Of a DNA stretch of 25,589 nt, positions 15,662-24,841 are shown one piece after another. The first letter of the stretch is position 1. The number at the start of each line of letters is the position of its first letter. Location of the stretch: assembly GCA_024276825.1 (NCBI GenBank), contig JAJRWI010000068.1:1-25589 (forward strand), given 5' to 3'. The notes under the pieces are model-generated. The model was not told the DNA's origin, searched no databases, and saw only the letters and a program-made list of their open reading frames with translations. The DNA comes from an archaeon (GTDB taxonomy: Archaea; Asgardarchaeota; Thorarchaeia; Thorarchaeales; Thorarchaeaceae). Position numbers and translations under genes: made by a program.

Positions 15662-16921
15662 TCTCAACTGCTTGGCATGAGCAAGGCACTCAATCGCGCG
15701 AGTTGGCATTCCTGCCTTTCTATAGAGTGGTTCGCATATCTGCAATGATCTAGCAGCCTCCTCAATTCTTCCGAGGTCAATCAGTACGAGTGCTCTGTTG
15801 TACAAGTATTCAGGATTTGATGCGTCAAGTGAGAATGCCCTGTCAAAGTCTGCCAGTGCCATTTCTAGATTTCCCAACGTCCTATGAATCTTGCCGCGTT
15901 GGAACAATATCTCGCCATCGTCTTGAGCGAGAGCTGCTGCAGTGTTCAGGTATTCAAGAGCGGTGGTCAAGTCATTCGTCATGATCATTGTCTTGCCCGC
16001 CTTGACCCAAGCCTCCACACATTCAGGATCTGCGTTCATTGCTTTCTGATAGGCGCTTGCAGCCTCCTGAAATGACTTCATTGCAAGGTGGATGTCACCC
16101 TTTCTTATCCAGAGCTGAGGATCATCAAACTTGATGATGAGGGCCCTCTCATACAGCTGAACTGCTCTGTTGAGGTCCCCTTCGCTGGAATAGATGTCTG
16201 CCAATAAGGCTAGGGCATAGGGTTGTTCAGGGTCTATCTTTAGCGATCTGTTCAGTGCAATCTTCGCCTTCTCTATCTCGCCATTCTCGATATGAATATT
16301 GGCCATGTCATAATATGCTGACAAGCATTTTGGATTAATTTTCAAGGCCCTCTTCATCCATAGCAGTGCCCCTACATTGTTTCCAATAGCCTTGAAGTAT
16401 AGACCCTTGGCCCAGTATACTCGGTCCCAGTCTGATTTTAGCCTAAGTGCCTCCTCTATATTGGCTAGTGCTCTCTCATAAATTCCGAGATCTATCTGCG
16501 TAAGGGCAAGGTAGAGATACGCACATTCGTTGTCAGGATCAATGGCAAGGGCACTCCCGAAACAACTCATTGCTTCATCATATGACTTGAGCATTCTATA
16601 TGCAATGCCCATGTTGATCCATGCTCTTGGCTGATTGGAGTTCATTCCCAATGAGACCTCATAGAGAATAATGGCTCGTGCGAATGATCCTTCCTTGAGA
16701 TGGAGATTGGCAAGTCTGAAAAGAACCTCTGGTGTGCGTTCATCTTGCTTTATGTACTCCAACATTCTCTGAAGTTCTTCTTCAAGCTTGTTCAGCTCCA
16801 TGCGATTGGCGGATCTCAACCCAACAGGTCTTATCATCTCCGGCTCAATCTCATCAACAACTCCAACTTCCTGAAGCTTTGTGATAATGGTGTCCAAAAC
16901 ACCTTCAACATTCTGCCCCAT
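15644..16921 (-). CDS. Tetratricopeptide-repeat protein (about 10 TPRs)
   Basis: 34-aa repeats such as AWINMGIAYRMLKSYDEAMSCFGSALAIDPDN and ILFQRGKIHRTLGNLEMALADFDRAFSLDASN. Start moved to ATG 16921 because a TTTATAT box lies at 16973-16979, inside the longer ORF call. The 3' end overlaps the GNAT gene by 18 nt. Confidence 0.88.
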   Translation of the reverse strand: MGQNVEGVLDTIITKLQEVGVVDEIEPEMIRPVGLRSANRMELNKLEEELQRMLEYIKQDERTPEVLFRLANLHLKEGSFARAIILYEVSLGMNSNQPRAWINMGIAYRMLKSYDEAMSCFGSALAIDPDNECAYLYLALTQIDLGIYERALANIEEALRLKSDWDRVYWAKGLYFKAIGNNVGALLWMKRALKINPKCLSAYYDMANIHIENGEIEKAKIALNRSLKIDPEQPYALALLADIYSSEGDLNRAVQLYERALIIKFDDPQLWIRKGDIHLAMKSFQEAASAYQKAMNADPECVEAWVKAGKTMIMTNDLTTALEYLNTAAALAQDDGEILFQRGKIHRTLGNLEMALADFDRAFSLDASNPEYLYNRALVLIDLGRIEEAARSLQICEPLYRKAGMPTRAIECLAHAKQLRSINGT

Positions 16922-17065
16922 TACATACCCGTTCCTTGAAGAGTCCGTTGTACAGGAATTGGGAATTGGATGATATAAATGTTGCATTTTTATCTTACAG
17001 CCCTCTTACAATTGATTCTCTCAATTGGTTGGCTCAATCAGTTTTGAATGTACAGAATCTATTAT

Positions 17066-20000
17066 TTATGCAACGATTTTAACAGGCCGCAAGTTGACTG
17101 TTCGTGTTTCGCCATCCACAGTGTCGTATTTCACCATTCCAACAAGCTCGCCTTCAGCGCCAGGTTGAAGCTCGAAGTCAATCTCGACAACAGACACATT
17201 ACCTGGATCGATATTGCCCATATTGACAGACTCAATGTGATCTGTCAAATCCGGAACCCCCAGAGTCACCTGCACATTCTGCATGGAGATCTCAGAGTAG
17301 TTTCTCACGACTACACCGAACACGACTTTGCCCTCGCGAATCTTATATTCTACACTAATATCCATACCGGGTTCTAGTCCATCAGCAGCAGATTCTGCTG
17401 TTGTGATGGGTCTACCAGCGATGATGCGTTCACGAACTCGTCTAATCACTATGATTACAACAAACAGAGTTATGATTGCTATTGATGCTGTCACTGCCCA
17501 GTGCGTCTTTATATCAAAGTCAACATTGTCAGCAAGTCCGTCTCCATCTGTGTCTATGGACAGGGGATTACTTCCAAGCTTGATCACCTCATCGTAATCC
17601 GAAATGCCATCGCCATCACTATCAATGCTCCTCGTGTTTGTGTGATATATGAGATATTCATCGCCATCACTGAGACCATCCCCATCAGTGTCATTCAGTG
17701 CTGGGTCGCTCAACGAGACCATGATCTCGAAATAGTCATCTAGGCCATCGTCATCTGTGTCTGGCTTGAACGGGTTGATATGGTGAGTGATCACTTCATC
17801 ATAGTCGGTCACTCCATCATCGTCGCAGTCTGGATCAAGTGGATCGGTCGACCAGACCTCAATCTCATCATAGTCATCAAGCCAATCCCCATCAGTGTCA
17901 TAATTCGTGGCATTTGTTCCAAACACGCTGATCTCAATGGAGTCTAGAAGCCCGTCAGAGTCCGTGTCGTTGCTAGTGGGATCTGTGTGGTATAGGAGAA
18001 TCTCCTCTCCATCTATCAGAAGATCTCCATCAGTATCATCATTGTGCAGATCTGTGGTCACATGAATTTGAATCAGGCGGTGGGATGTGTCGTATATCCA
18101 CACATCAAAGCCAACTACCTCTTGACCATCAAGGAGATCATCATTATCATAATCGGGGTCAAGAGGCAGAGTGTTGTAGACCCTGAGTTCTTCGAGATTG
18201 GAGAGTCCATCTGCATCAGAGTCGTAGTCACCATCAAGAATGCCTGGATATGTCATATTCGTAATCGGGCTTGTGGCAGTGAGGAAGACCTCCTCATAGT
18301 CAGTTAACTGATCCGAGTCGGTGTCATTCAATAATGGGCTTGAGCCATATTCATTAATCTCATCACCATCACCAAGTCCATCACCATCCGTGTCAAAGAG
18401 CAACGGGTCTGTGTAATAGTCCTCTATCTCCTCATTATCATCCACCGAATCGCCATCTGTGTCCTTCTTCAATGGATCTGTTCTGAATTTGTTGATCTCG
18501 TCACCGTTTGATAATGTGTCCCCGTCTTCATCATCATTATAGTCTGATATTCCATTATCATTCGAGTCCTTATCTCTGGGGTCTGTCTTTGTCAGCACGC
18601 ATTCCTCATAATTCGTCAACAGGTCTCTGTCCTCATCATCAGCACCATCTATCACACCATCATTGTCTGTATCATTATTCCTTGGGTCTGTATGAGTCAA
18701 CAGGACCTCCTGAATATTGGTTAGTGTGTCATTGTCCAGGTCAACATCTGCATCTGAAACACCATTGTTTAGGGTGCTGTATCGCAAGGGGTCTGTCAAT
18801 GTGAGGTTCACTTCATGATAGTCAGTCAACGAGTCGCCATCGGTGTCCTCATTGAGCGGGTCAGTGCCAAGGGCGATCTCCTGAGCATCGAGTAGTCTAT
18901 CATGGTCAGTATCTTCCTCAAGTGGGTCCGTGTTGTACACGAACAGCTCCTGTCCATCGCTGAGCCCATCAGAATCACTATCGTACTCCAGTGGGTCGGT
19001 TTCAAAGACCTTGATCTCATCATAGTCAGAGACCGTGTCAGAGTCAGTGTCTGAGTTGTTCAACAATGTGTGATATGTGAATGCCTCTTCTCCGTCCTCG
19101 AGCAGGTCATTATCAGTGTCTCTGTCATTTGGGTCACTGGAGTAATAGAACAGTTCATCCCAGTCACTTATCTCATCTCCATCCGTGTCAGCCTTGTTAG
19201 GATTAGTGTGACTGATAAACACCTCATATGAATCTGAGAGCTTGTCTCCATCTGTGTCATACAGAGTGCAGTTGGTCTCATACAGATAGATCTCTAGAAA
19301 GTTACTCAGTCCATCTGCATCCTCATCATCATCTGCATCTGAGATACCATCAGAGTCGGAGTCAACAGATAGGGGGTTGGTGTGGCTGTTCCATATCTCG
19401 TCATTATCCGCAATTCCGTCATCATCAGTATCTGGGTCCAGAGGTGATGTCTTATACTCGTTCACTTCCTGACCATCAGTGAGATTGTCATAATCAGAAT
19501 CTGGATTTGTTGGGTCCGTGCCTTGGGCAATCTCCTCCCTGTCATTCAGTCCGTCGCCATCTTCGTCAGCCTGTGTTGGATCAGTGTTATATATTGCCCA
19601 TTCATCATAATCAGACAGCCCATCACCATCAGTATCATTTGAGTTGGGATCAGTACCTAGGTCTATCTCTTTCTTGTCGTTTATCATGTCATTATCACTA
19701 TCGGGGCTGTTCGGGTTGGTGTTGTAATTGTTGACCTCTTCGCTGTCAGAGAGCTGGTCACCATCAGTGTCCCATGAGGTTGGTGAGGTCTTCGATGTAT
19801 ACACTTCATAATAATCGTCTAACCCATCAGCATCCGAGTCTGTACCAGTTGGGTCAGTGTGATAGACAACATACTCCAAATAGTCTGATAGTCCATCGTC
19901 ATCAGTATCGGCATCAGTGGGTGATGAACCCGCCAGATTCACTTCCACTCCATCAGGAAGCAAATCATGGTCCGTGTCAGGGTCAGTCGCATTGCTATGG

Positions 20001-23000
20001 ACCCCATAGATCTCCACACCATTGCTAAGGCCATCATGGTCAAAGTCGAGGTCATAGTCGGAGGTCCCGTTCATGTATGTGCTCCACAGGGTGGCATTTG
20101 TTCCAAGGACCTCAACCTCGATATAATCGTCAAGGCCATCGCCATCAGTGTCTTGCTTGTTAGGGTCAGACCCATAGTTTATCTCATCAAGGTCATTCAG
20201 GCCATCGCCATCAGTGTCTTTCTTTAGTGGGTTGGTAAGATAGACCTCCACCTCCAGTCCATCATAAATCCCATCATCATCAGTGTCTGCATCACCGGGC
20301 GAAGTGTCATAGATATCAATCTCCTCACCATTTGTCAAGCCATCATTGTCAGAGTCTATCTGATAATCAGTATGAGTTGCATTATACCACATGTTTGTTG
20401 GATCGGTATGGGTGATATTCACTTCGGTCAGGTCATCAAGGAGGTCACCATCCGTGTCATTGTTTAATGGTGAAGTCCCATAGTCTTTCACCTCGGCGCC
20501 GTCTTTCAGTCCATCGCCATCTGTGTCTTCATCCCATGGTATCGTTCCCTCGTTGATCTCCTCTAAGTCATTAAGTCCATCGTTGTCAGTGTCTGCAAGA
20601 CTAGGGTCGGTCTCACCGGGATCAACTACGCCATCAGCATCAAGGTCCTCACCGAGTTCGCCCTCATCCCACACACCGTTACCATTAGTATCATTCCAAC
20701 CATCATTCAGGCCATCGCCATCAGTGTCAATATTCGTGGCGTTCAGTCCAGCATCAATCTCAACGCCATCACTTATCATGTCTCCATCGGTGTCTTGAAG
20801 TGTGGCATTCGTACCATAGGTCCTTATCTCTTCAATATTCGTAAGTCCATCGTTATCCTGATCGTCATTTGCATCAATTACTCCATCATCATCACTATCA
20901 CTGTCATTGGGGTCTGTGTGGGTCTTTCTGATCTCCTCTGCATCTGTGAGGCCATCATTATCAGTGTCTGCATTAAGTGGATCTGTCCCATGATTATACT
21001 CATCAAGATTAATGAGACCATCATTATCAGGGTCCTCCTCCCAGTCATACACACCATTGTCATTGGTGTCATTGGCCAGTGGGTCTGTGTTTGACTTTTC
21101 AATCTCGAAGATGTTTGGTAACTTGTCATTATCACTGTCGTAATTATCATCTCTGGGTTGTCCGACTCCATGACTGTATGCATTCAATGGATCCGTCTTG
21201 GTCACATACAATTCAATACCGTTCGACAGATTGTCGGAGTCAAAGTCCTCATCATAGTCTGAGATTGAGTCATCATCCGAATCAGTATCCAGCGGGTCAG
21301 TTCCAAGGATGTTATACTCGTCGCCATCCTTGACCTTGTCGCCATCCGTATCAGGATTTCTTGGGTGTGTGAACGTCACAAAGAGCTCTTGATAATTGGT
21401 CAGATTGTCAAGGTCCACATCCTCAAGGTCATCAGTGATGTTATCACCATCAGTGTCATTGTTTAAGGCAGAAGTGTGAGTGAGGTATATCTCCTGACCG
21501 TTTGTGAGTCTATCATTATCATAATCCCAGTTGTAATCATTGATTGTGTCATTAAATGTATATGCATTAGTAGCATTGAATACTGGATAGAGCTCGATCT
21601 CATCATTGTCGAAAATACCATCTGAATCAGTATCTGCTAACGTGGCATTAGTCCCCCAAACAAGGACCTCATCGCCATCGTCTATTGTGTCACCATCGGT
21701 GTCAGTCAGTGTTGCATTAGTGTGGTAGACATAAACCTCATCAAAGTCTGTCAATGAGTCGAGGTCAGTGTCATTGGAGTTGGGATCAGTGTTCCAAGTA
21801 TTCACCTCTTCCCCATCGCTAAGCCCATCACCATCAGTGTCAGGATTAGTGGCATTTGTGTGATACACATTGATCTCATCAGCATCATTAAGTCCGTCAT
21901 GGTCAGTGTCTGAGTCTGAAACATTCGTGTGGTAATTCACATACTCATCGTAATCACTAAGCGTGTCATCATCGGTGTCCGCCTTTGTGGGATCTGAATG
22001 AACAATATTGACCTCCTCCCAGTCATTTAGGTTGTCATTATCAGTATCCGAGTCAGTCGGGCTTGTCTTGTAGACTTTGACCTCTTCGCCGTCTAGCAAA
22101 AGGTCATCATCCGAGTCTGGATCCAATGGGTCCGAACCCACAGAGATCTCCTTCCAGTTTGCCAAACCATCACTGTCTTCGTCATCGTAATAGTCCGAAG
22201 TCCCATCATTGTCACTGTCAACATCATTGGGGTCAGTCTTGGTAATACGAACCTCCTGAATGTTGGTCAGTCCGTCCCCATCATTATCGTCCTGTGCATC
22301 ATTGATCCCATCATCATCAGTGTCGGCAATAGTAGGGTCGGTTTCAGTGATGTTATTCTCCTCATAGTCAGTCAGTCCATCAGCATCGGTATCTGCCCTG
22401 TTAGGATCGGTCCCAAGATAGATCTCCTGCCAGTCTGTAAGTTTGTCATTATCAGAGTCGGGGTCATTGGGATCTGTCCCATGAGTGATTACTTCTGAAA
22501 AGTCGTCAAGCCCATCATTATCAGAATCGGGGTCTAACGGGTCTGTACCATACTGGAGGACTTCATCGCCATCTGATAACTTGTCATTGTCTGAGTCAGG
22601 ATCATTGACTCCGGTGCCTAACAGAATGGTCTCACGTGCATCAGCAAGGCCATCGCCATCAGTGTCAAGACCATAGATTGAGAAAGTCCCTGCATTGTTT
22701 CCGAAAACATACTCATGCTTTCCATTACTGTCTATATCTCCATAGTTCAAGACTCCTGCGTACAGGTTCACATCCACTGTCTTGATTAGATAGCCAGTTG
22801 CATTGTAGAGGACCACAGAACCACCATTCACACCAGCTGCTACTTGGAGGTCTGCTGAGCCCCAAACATTGAGAAACTCAATTGTTGAGACCTGCCCTCC
22901 AAGTGTCTTGTTCCACACCCTATATCCAGTCGAGTTGAACACTTCCAACTCGTTTCCAGATGTACCGACAGCAAACTCATCCTTACCTCCAGATTTGAGG

Positions 23001-23863
23001 TCTCCAACCCTCAGCCCAGTTATGCCATCATTGAATGCCTTTGTGAAATAAGGTGTTCCATTGCCAAAGAATGCGTATAAGCCGCCTTGAGATGTTCCAT
23101 ACACAACCTCATGAAGGCCATCACCGGCAAGGTCTCCATGATCTATCTCTGTAACTGAGTAGATGGTACTGTGCTCAAAGATGAGTGTTCCATTGTCATT
23201 AATGACCATGAATCTTCCAGATGATGTGCCTGCCAGAACCTCATCCATCAGATCGCCATCGATATCTACAACACTGAGGGCCCTGACACTACCTACACTG
23301 GTATAATTCCACAGCTGAGTGCCATTCTCATCATATGAATAAACAAGACCATCATCACATCCAGCGATAATCTCTTGCTTCAGGTCTCCATTAATCTCAG
23401 CGGGATATACTGCTCTCACTGCATCATTCATTGTGATATTCGTTAGCACGGTGTTATTTGCACCCAGCAGCAGGACTCCATTATCTGTGCCAACAAGTAT
23501 CTCCATGACTGTGTCTGCATCTGCCGCTATCTCCCTGATATCATGTGGTGTTGAACCAAGGTTCATCTGCCAGAGCTTGGTGTTGTTATCATCGAACAGG
23601 TAAAGACTCCCGTTGTTTGTGATGATTGCAATCTCGTCCCTGCTATCAAGGTCAAAGTTTGCCATCACCAAGCTAGTGATCTGAGCTCCTGTGGTATTTG
23701 ACCAGACCAACTCCACCTCAAAAGGGGTGAGGTCGGATAGAATTGCTTGGTCATGATGCTCGATGTTTATAGCCAGTTGTGTTGCTGGATCTGCTAATGG
23801 CATCCGTATACCTATCAATACAAGCGCCAAAAGAGCAAATAGCGCGTAATAATATGATTTCAT
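17066..23863 (-). CDS. Giant single-pass surface glycoprotein/adhesin: beta-propeller, TSP3-like Ca-binding repeats, TM helix and cytosolic Ig-like domain (2265 aa)
   Basis: Start at ATG 23863 (ATGA overlap with the ABC gene stop; GGAGGA SD) gives a clean signal peptide MKSYYYALFALLALVLIG. Eight ~44-aa blades with D-x-D-G-D-xx-E-hhh-G loops. About 80 DxDxDGLxDxxE units. TM WAVTASIAIITLFVVIIVI followed by RRVRER. About 120-aa beta-sandwich tail. Confidence 0.92.
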   Translation of the reverse strand: MKSYYYALFALLALVLIGIRMPLADPATQLAINIEHHDQAILSDLTPFEVELVWSNTTGAQITSLVMANFDLDSRDEIAIITNNGSLYLFDDNNTKLWQMNLGSTPHDIREIAADADTVMEILVGTDNGVLLLGANNTVLTNITMNDAVRAVYPAEINGDLKQEIIAGCDDGLVYSYDENGTQLWNYTSVGSVRALSVVDIDGDLMDEVLAGTSSGRFMVINDNGTLIFEHSTIYSVTEIDHGDLAGDGLHEVVYGTSQGGLYAFFGNGTPYFTKAFNDGITGLRVGDLKSGGKDEFAVGTSGNELEVFNSTGYRVWNKTLGGQVSTIEFLNVWGSADLQVAAGVNGGSVVLYNATGYLIKTVDVNLYAGVLNYGDIDSNGKHEYVFGNNAGTFSIYGLDTDGDGLADARETILLGTGVNDPDSDNDKLSDGDEVLQYGTDPLDPDSDNDGLDDFSEVITHGTDPNDPDSDNDKLTDWQEIYLGTDPNRADTDADGLTDYEENNITETDPTIADTDDDGINDAQDDNDGDGLTNIQEVRITKTDPNDVDSDNDGTSDYYDDEDSDGLANWKEISVGSDPLDPDSDDDLLLDGEEVKVYKTSPTDSDTDNDNLNDWEEVNIVHSDPTKADTDDDTLSDYDEYVNYHTNVSDSDTDHDGLNDADEINVYHTNATNPDTDGDGLSDGEEVNTWNTDPNSNDTDLDSLTDFDEVYVYHTNATLTDTDGDTIDDGDEVLVWGTNATLADTDSDGIFDNDEIELYPVFNATNAYTFNDTINDYNWDYDNDRLTNGQEIYLTHTSALNNDTDGDNITDDLEDVDLDNLTNYQELFVTFTHPRNPDTDGDKVKDGDEYNILGTDPLDTDSDDDSISDYDEDFDSDNLSNGIELYVTKTDPLNAYSHGVGQPRDDNYDSDNDKLPNIFEIEKSNTDPLANDTNDNGVYDWEEDPDNDGLINLDEYNHGTDPLNADTDNDGLTDAEEIRKTHTDPNDSDSDDDGVIDANDDQDNDGLTNIEEIRTYGTNATLQDTDGDMISDGVEIDAGLNATNIDTDGDGLNDGWNDTNGNGVWDEGELGEDLDADGVVDPGETDPSLADTDNDGLNDLEEINEGTIPWDEDTDGDGLKDGAEVKDYGTSPLNNDTDGDLLDDLTEVNITHTDPTNMWYNATHTDYQIDSDNDGLTNGEEIDIYDTSPGDADTDDDGIYDGLEVEVYLTNPLKKDTDGDGLNDLDEINYGSDPNKQDTDGDGLDDYIEVEVLGTNATLWSTYMNGTSDYDLDFDHDGLSNGVEIYGVHSNATDPDTDHDLLPDGVEVNLAGSSPTDADTDDDGLSDYLEYVVYHTDPTGTDSDADGLDDYYEVYTSKTSPTSWDTDGDQLSDSEEVNNYNTNPNSPDSDNDMINDKKEIDLGTDPNSNDTDGDGLSDYDEWAIYNTDPTQADEDGDGLNDREEIAQGTDPTNPDSDYDNLTDGQEVNEYKTSPLDPDTDDDGIADNDEIWNSHTNPLSVDSDSDGISDADDDEDADGLSNFLEIYLYETNCTLYDTDGDKLSDSYEVFISHTNPNKADTDGDEISDWDELFYYSSDPNDRDTDNDLLEDGEEAFTYHTLLNNSDTDSDTVSDYDEIKVFETDPLEYDSDSDGLSDGQELFVYNTDPLEEDTDHDRLLDAQEIALGTDPLNEDTDGDSLTDYHEVNLTLTDPLRYSTLNNGVSDADVDLDNDTLTNIQEVLLTHTDPRNNDTDNDGVIDGADDEDRDLLTNYEECVLTKTDPRDKDSNDNGISDYNDDEDGDTLSNGDEINKFRTDPLKKDTDGDSVDDNEEIEDYYTDPLLFDTDGDGLGDGDEINEYGSSPLLNDTDSDQLTDYEEVFLTATSPITNMTYPGILDGDYDSDADGLSNLEELRVYNTLPLDPDYDNDDLLDGQEVVGFDVWIYDTSHRLIQIHVTTDLHNDDTDGDLLIDGEEILLYHTDPTSNDTDSDGLLDSIEISVFGTNATNYDTDGDWLDDYDEIEVWSTDPLDPDCDDDGVTDYDEVITHHINPFKPDTDDDGLDDYFEIMVSLSDPALNDTDGDGLSDGDEYLIYHTNTRSIDSDGDGISDYDEVIKLGSNPLSIDTDGDGLADNVDFDIKTHWAVTASIAIITLFVVIIVIRRVRERIIAGRPITTAESAADGLEPGMDISVEYKIREGKVVFGVVVRNYSEISMQNVQVTLGVPDLTDHIESVNMGNIDPGNVSVVEIDFELQPGAEGELVGMVKYDTVDGETRTVNLRPVKIVA
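17519..22666 (-). repeat. Coding tandem array of about 80 Asp-rich bacterial/archaeal TSP3-like units
   Basis: Hand parse gives about 66 long units (mostly 22-23 aa, DxDxDGLxDxxEhxxxxTDPxxx) and 15 short units (11-13 aa). The DNA copies are highly diverged. Confidence 0.9.
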
Positions 23864-24840
23864 ACTAATAGTCCTCCTGTTTGTTCGCCCTTCCATGGCT
23901 TGACCTGGAAATAATCAAAAAAGTCGGCCTCAACTATTGAAACCTCCTCAAATGGTATGTTCATCTGGTTGAGAGCTTCAACAACTAAGAGTAATTGTTC
24001 ATCTGGATGATTCATAAAGACCTTGAGTGTGTTCCGCCCCGCCTTTGTCATATACTTCACGCCTGGGATTGAATACAACCGTTCTACGAATGTCTGAGAC
24101 ATACTATTCAAGACAACCTTTAGACTCTCTCCTTTTCCAGGCAGGGTCGAGATCAACTCTTGTGGTGTGCCAAACTGGCTGACCAATCCATTCTCGAGAA
24201 GCACAACACGACTGCAATAATCGGTGACCTCAAGGTCATGACTAATAATCACCATGGTTGTGCCCATTTCATAATTGAGCTCCTTGAGATAGTTCAGGGT
24301 TTCATGGCGAAGGTGCGCATCAAGACCTGTAGTTGGCTCATCAAGAAGTAGCACCTTCGGTTCATGTATCATCCCCAGACAGATTGAAACCCTCTTTCTC
24401 TCGCCGCCCGATAGTCTACTGACCCTCTTTGTCATCAGGTCCTCATCAAAACCAAGAATTGTGAGAATGCTCCGGGCTCGATCATCAATCTCTTTTGGTC
24501 TAAGACCAAAGCATCTTCCAAAGAACTGGGCATTCTGTAGTGCGCTGAAGTCATAATAGAGACTGAGGTGCTCCAACTGCGGCACATAACCCACCAGCAG
24601 ACTGATGAGTTTCTTGTTTCTAGTTACATCATAACCACTGATGTATGCTTTTCCAGAGGTGGGGCTTATCTGTCCAGTGAGAACTCTGAGCACTGTTGTC
24701 TTGCCCGCTCCTGATGCACCAATGATTCCAAGAAACTCGCGCTTATTGGCAAAGAATGAAACACCCTTCAGAGCGTAGAATTTCCCGAAGGCCACTTTGA
24801 GGTCAATGATATCAATCTCACGTTTCTTTGTTCCTGACAT
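23860..24840 (-). CDS. ABC-2/DrrA-type ABC transporter ATP-binding protein
   Basis: GASGAGKTT, YVPQ, LSGGERKR, LLLDEPTTGLD and IISHD, plus a C-terminal accessory domain. Start moved to ATG 24840 (GGAGG SD, 1 nt after the upstream stop). Confidence 0.92.
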   Translation of the reverse strand: MSGTKKREIDIIDLKVAFGKFYALKGVSFFANKREFLGIIGASGAGKTTVLRVLTGQISPTSGKAYISGYDVTRNKKLISLLVGYVPQLEHLSLYYDFSALQNAQFFGRCFGLRPKEIDDRARSILTILGFDEDLMTKRVSRLSGGERKRVSICLGMIHEPKVLLLDEPTTGLDAHLRHETLNYLKELNYEMGTTMVIISHDLEVTDYCSRVVLLENGLVSQFGTPQELISTLPGKGESLKVVLNSMSQTFVERLYSIPGVKYMTKAGRNTLKVFMNHPDEQLLLVVEALNQMNIPFEEVSIVEADFFDYFQVKPWKGEQTGGLLV

Positions 24841-24841
24841 A

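Noticed and set aside
17519-22666. Recurrent DNA words (e.g. GCCATCGCCATCAGTGTC) as a CRISPR array or DGR template/variable repeat
   Set aside because: They are reverse complements of DTDGDG codons inside one open frame, vary at synonymous sites and are irregularly spaced. No cas gene or reverse transcriptase is present.
22667-23715. True integrin alpha homolog
   Set aside because: Eight blades rather than seven, no literal FG...GAP cage motif, no thigh/calf domains and no GFFKR tail.
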